This document shows, piece by piece, positions 62,672-64,000 of a stretch of 64,000 nucleotides of DNA (the stretch's first letter is position 1; each line of letters opens with the position of its first letter). The notes beneath the pieces were generated by a model that saw only the letters and a program-made list of their open reading frames with translations, was not told the origin of the DNA and did not search any database. Position numbers and translations under genes: made by a program. Where the stretch lies: the NCBI RefSeq assembly GCF_009914755.1, contig NC_060940.1. One strand, given 5' to 3'. Origin of the DNA: the human T2T-CHM13v2.0 reference genome, Homo sapiens.

Positions 62672-62795
62672 AACGCCCCTCCCCCTCCTGGCAAATTTCC
62701 CGATGCCCCCTCCCACTCCTGACGAATTGCCTGACGCCCCTCCCCCTCCTGACGAATTGCCCGACGCCCCCTCCCCCCCAGACGAATTTCCTGAT
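62672..62795. repeat. ~30-bp tandem repeat, ~4 copies
   Basis: gacgcccctccccctcctgacgaattgcc units. Confidence 0.8.
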
Positions 62796-62834
62796 GGATT
62801 ACTTTATAAGAACAATCTGAGGATCAGACCTTCA

Positions 62835-63286
<452 letters not shown>

Positions 63287-63783
63287 TCAATTAACTTTTT
63301 GTGGCAGTAGCCAAATATCACCGTTTTCTACCTAAAAGGGGAAAATTTTCTATAAAAAGATTCCACGTCCCTCTTTAGAAAAATAAAGCTACTTTAAAAA
63401 GCCCGTTTATATTTGAAACCCCAACAGGCTTCTCAAAACTGCTGTCATTCCTAAATACGAAGTCTTAAAAAATCCACATGTCCTCCTCAGCCAGAGGCCT
63501 ATGGACAGCACAAAATACAGGGGAATGTCGTGGTGGCGGCTGCCTCGAGGCTCAGCAGCTGCGTGCAGGATGGAGCTCCAAGCAGGGCAAGCTGCCAGGC
63601 AGTGTCACCACCAGGCCCCTCGACTGGGCCGCTGTGGTGACATTTACAGAAAACTCTACATGCTTAGGGTACAGTCAGAATTAAACACTCTGCATGCAAA
63701 CGCTTCTCTGAGTTAAGCACTCTGCATGCAAACGCTTCTCTGAGTGACTTTACAGTCTACACCTTACAAAATTATACAACATA

Positions 63784-64000
63784 CAGTCACGCACTGCTTA
63801 ATGACAGAGACGGGTTCTGGGAAACAACACATCATTAGGCGACCTTGTCATTGTGCTGTCCGAGTGCACGCACACACTTCTGGAAGGCACAGCCTGCCAC
63901 ACGCCTGCACTGACGGGAGAGCCCAATGCTTATAGGCTACAAACCTGGACAGCACAGTACTGTCCCAGACACTCTAAGCCACTGTAACACAATGGCAAGT
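63784..64000 (+). mobile_element. Tigger3/MER7-like DNA transposon (runs off the window end)
   Basis: cagtcacgcactgcttaatgac...ttaggcga...taggctacaaacctg...actgtaacacaatgg. Confidence 0.75.

Overview
Human-type (primate) genomic DNA, recognisable as the 16q24.2 tail-to-tail JPH3 / KLHDC4 locus. The + strand carries JPH3 (junctophilin-3) exons 3-5 and its 3'UTR, ending ~25.8 kb. The - strand carries KLHDC4 exons 6-12, ending ~35.45 kb. The rest is intronic/intergenic, with >20 Alus, one full-length older SVA, MaLR LTRs, L1M fragments, MER3/MER5A/Tigger elements and about ten minisatellites. Four things stand out. (1) A chain of exon-like, decayed-coding segments with good splice sites lies on the - strand, interleaved with KLHDC4 and running down to a poly(A) signal that abuts JPH3's own. 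This is a candidate large unitary pseudogene; one segment has a Sld3/Treslin-domain-like pattern, compared from memory and unverified. (2) The non-coding last exon of KLHDC4 looks like the frameshifted fossil of the DUF4110 C-terminus, cut off by a stop 1 nt before the last exon junction. (3) A 24-bp VNTR built from the KLHDC4 exon 7 donor ends in a second consensus donor exactly 744 nt downstream, in frame and stop-free, which would insert 248 aa of (ARRGVGRR)n. (4) There is a compact bidirectional poly(A) site. All homology statements rest on recalled sequences; no searches were run. Repeat boundaries and subfamilies are approximate.
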